From assembly GCA_963815115.1 (NCBI GenBank), contig CAWFFN010000009.1:1408001-1472000 (forward strand): a DNA stretch of 64,000 bases, given 5' to 3'. Source of the stretch: an uncultured delta proteobacterium (GTDB lineage: Bacteria; Desulfobacterota; Binatia; DP-6). Under the pieces are notes generated by a model, which saw only the letters and a program-made list of their open reading frames with translations, was not told the origin of the DNA and made no database searches. Position numbers and translations under genes: made by a program. This document shows, piece after piece, positions 61,831-64,000 of the stretch. The first letter of the stretch is position 1. The number at the start of each line of letters is the position of its first letter.

Positions 61831-62652
61831 TCACTCGCAGGTGCACCCGCCGGTGGTGGCCAGACGGAGACACTTGCGGCCTGCGGGACAGCCGCCGTTG
61901 CACGCGGGCGCGCTGCTGCCGCAGGCCTCGAGGCAGCCGCAGGGCGTGTCGGAAGACGACTGGCCGCAGATCTGGGTGACGTTGGGGCAGAAGCCGCCGC
62001 ACGCTGCTCCGGCCGGATTCCCGGTGCACTGCTTCTGGATCGGGACGCAGTCGCATTTGGTCGGACCGGTGGCGAGACACCGCGTCTGCTCGGGGCAGCT
62101 TCCCCCGCACAGGCCGGTGGCGTCGGGCGCCTTGCACGGCTGGAGCGTCGTGCTGGTCGTGCTCGTGGTACTGGTGGTGGTCGGCGTGACGACGGTCTTC
62201 TCGACCGGTGCGCAGAGGATCTGCGGCCGGTTGACGCGGATGTTGCCCTCGAAGCCGAACTGATCCTCGAGATTGACGACGATGCTGCCGCTCTTGAACC
62301 CGGCCAGCTTGGTGCACGCCGGATCGAGACAGGTGCGAGCCGCCATCTTGTAGCACTTGAAGTGCGGCACGGGGCTCGGCTGGATGGGACCGGTCGGACA
62401 GGTGGTGGGGATGCAGACCCCTGCCGCCGATGGCGCGCAGCAGCTCTTCTGGGTCGGCAGGCACAGCAGCGTGGGGCTGAGCTTCACCACCAGCGATCGG
62501 CCGAACTGATCGTCGGTGATGACCCTCTGCGTGATCGCTTTCCCCCTGATCTGGTAGCACTGGAGGTGCGAGTGCCGCGAGTCGAACTGGGCGGAGGCGG
62601 ACGCGGCGAGTAGCAGGGCGACGGCGGTGGTAGCCGGACGTGTGATGGACAT
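61831..62652 (-). CDS. Secreted Cys-rich protein with Thr linker (paralogous architecture to 60819-61538)
   Basis: GGAGGAG SD; HxxCY...DQFG...LCxP twice; CGGxCP repeats. Confidence 0.78.
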   Translation of the reverse strand: MSITRPATTAVALLLAASASAQFDSRHSHLQCYQIRGKAITQRVITDDQFGRSLVVKLSPTLLCLPTQKSCCAPSAAGVCIPTTCPTGPIQPSPVPHFKCYKMAARTCLDPACTKLAGFKSGSIVVNLEDQFGFEGNIRVNRPQILCAPVEKTVVTPTTTSTTSTTSTTLQPCKAPDATGLCGGSCPEQTRCLATGPTKCDCVPIQKQCTGNPAGAACGGFCPNVTQICGQSSSDTPCGCLEACGSSAPACNGGCPAGRKCLRLATTGGCTCE

Positions 62653-62942
62653 CGATACTCCTCCTGGTTTGACGGACGGGCTTGGGTAGGGCCGTCGGAA
62701 TCCGCGGCGCGCGACGGCGGTCCGCGAACGCGCGGCATTCCGCGTGCTGAACCCCGTGCTGCGGCGTCCGCGGTCGTACGTCATCAGGAGGAACATCCGA
62801 CGGCACGCGTGTTCCATTCTCACGCGGATCGGTGATTGGCCCTCGGGCTTCGGGTCGATCGTGTTCGCCGGCAGAGTGGGCCCGGAGAGGGCCGCGGCGA
62901 TCAGGACGGCGGACTCGGGGTGCAGGCCTGACGCGCCCGCGA

Positions 62943-63833
62943 TCACCCGCCAATGGTGTCGAGTTCGTGCACGGCGTCGGCGGGCAGCTCGATGCCGGCC
63001 CCCGCGACGTTCTCCCGCAAGTGGGCAACCGACGACGTCCCGGGGATGAGAAGGGTGCTGGGCGAGCGGTTCAGGAGCCAGGCGAGCGCGATCTGGAAGG
63101 GTGTGGCGTCGAGCCGGGAGGCGACGCGGTCGAGCACGTCGGATTGCACGGGCTTGAAGCCGCCGAGTGGGAAGAAGGACGTGTAGGCGATGCCCTCGCG
63201 GGCGCACCGGTCGACCAGCTCGTCGTCGGCACGGTTGGCCAGGTTGTAGAAGTTCTGCACGGAGACGATCGGTGCGATCGACTGCGCTTCGGTGAGCTGC
63301 TCCGGCGACACGCCACTGACGCCGAGGTGCCGGATGAGGCCCTGCTGCTGCAGCTCCGCGAGGACGGCGAACGGTTCGGCGATCGAACCGGGTGTGGGCT
63401 CGAAGATTCCTCCGACGCGGAGGTTGACGATATCGAGCGCGTCGAGTCCGAGGCGTTCGAGGTTCTCGTGGACGGCCGTGATCAGTTCCTGGCGGGAGAG
63501 CGCGGGGGGCCAGGACTTGTCGGCGCCACGCCGGGCGCCGACCTTCGTGGCGATGTGCACGCCGTCCGGGTAGGGATGCAGAGCCTCACGGATGAGCTCG
63601 TTGACGATGTAGGGGCCGTAGTAGTCGCTGGTGTCGATGTGAGTGATTCCCAGCTCGACCGCAGCGCGCAGCACCGCGATCGCCTGTTTCCGATCCCGTG
63701 GGGGTCCCCACACCCCGGGACCGGCGAGCTGCATGGCTCCGTAGCCGACGCGGCTGACCGTGAGATCATCGGCGAGCTTCAGGTTCCCGCCCGGGAGCGA
63801 CGTCGGCACGATCGGACCTTTCGTGTCGGGCAT
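62943..63833 (-). CDS. Aldo/keto reductase
   Basis: GYGAMQL, IDTSDYYG, ATKVG, IRHLGVS, LIPGTSSVAHLREN. Confidence 0.92.
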   Translation of the reverse strand: MPDTKGPIVPTSLPGGNLKLADDLTVSRVGYGAMQLAGPGVWGPPRDRKQAIAVLRAAVELGITHIDTSDYYGPYIVNELIREALHPYPDGVHIATKVGARRGADKSWPPALSRQELITAVHENLERLGLDALDIVNLRVGGIFEPTPGSIAEPFAVLAELQQQGLIRHLGVSGVSPEQLTEAQSIAPIVSVQNFYNLANRADDELVDRCAREGIAYTSFFPLGGFKPVQSDVLDRVASRLDATPFQIALAWLLNRSPSTLLIPGTSSVAHLRENVAGAGIELPADAVHELDTIGG

Positions 63834-64000
63834 GGCACGAGCGTGCCACGCGCACGCACCCGAGGCGATCCCCTCACGACGGCTGGCGGAGTCTCGTCCT
63901 GTTGGCCACACGTCCCGCGTGCGCTAGGCTCCCCCACGCGCATGCCGCTCGCTTCGCCACCTCCGGGCCCGCGCCCGGCGTGGTACCGCCGCCTGCCGCC

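Overview
High-GC (roughly 70%) bacterial chromosomal window with about 52 genes. The many secreted Cys-rich proteins with poly-Thr linkers suggest Candidatus Binatia/Binatota-like 'Deltaproteobacteria' (inference). Contents: a complete IS110/IS1111-group element (864-2398) inserted into one end of a 121-bp CTAG-flanked MITE, with guide-like segments in its 3' non-coding end that match its own target and donor junction; several large modular secreted proteins; a cusCBA-type Cu/Ag efflux operon preceded by a Cys-rich leader ORF; a Phd/RelE toxin-antitoxin pair; a sigma-54 two-component locus whose tandem enhancer motif recurs three times (before paralogous lipoproteins, an RND pump and a beta-repeat protein); a porin with a Pho-box-like upstream array; and a split HMGS-like/DUF35 plus thiolase pair. 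Many genes carry single-base frameshifts, densest at about 40.7-51.1 kb, most likely long-read consensus errors. No rRNA, tRNA or CRISPR array was seen. All family assignments come from motif recognition by eye; no searches were run.
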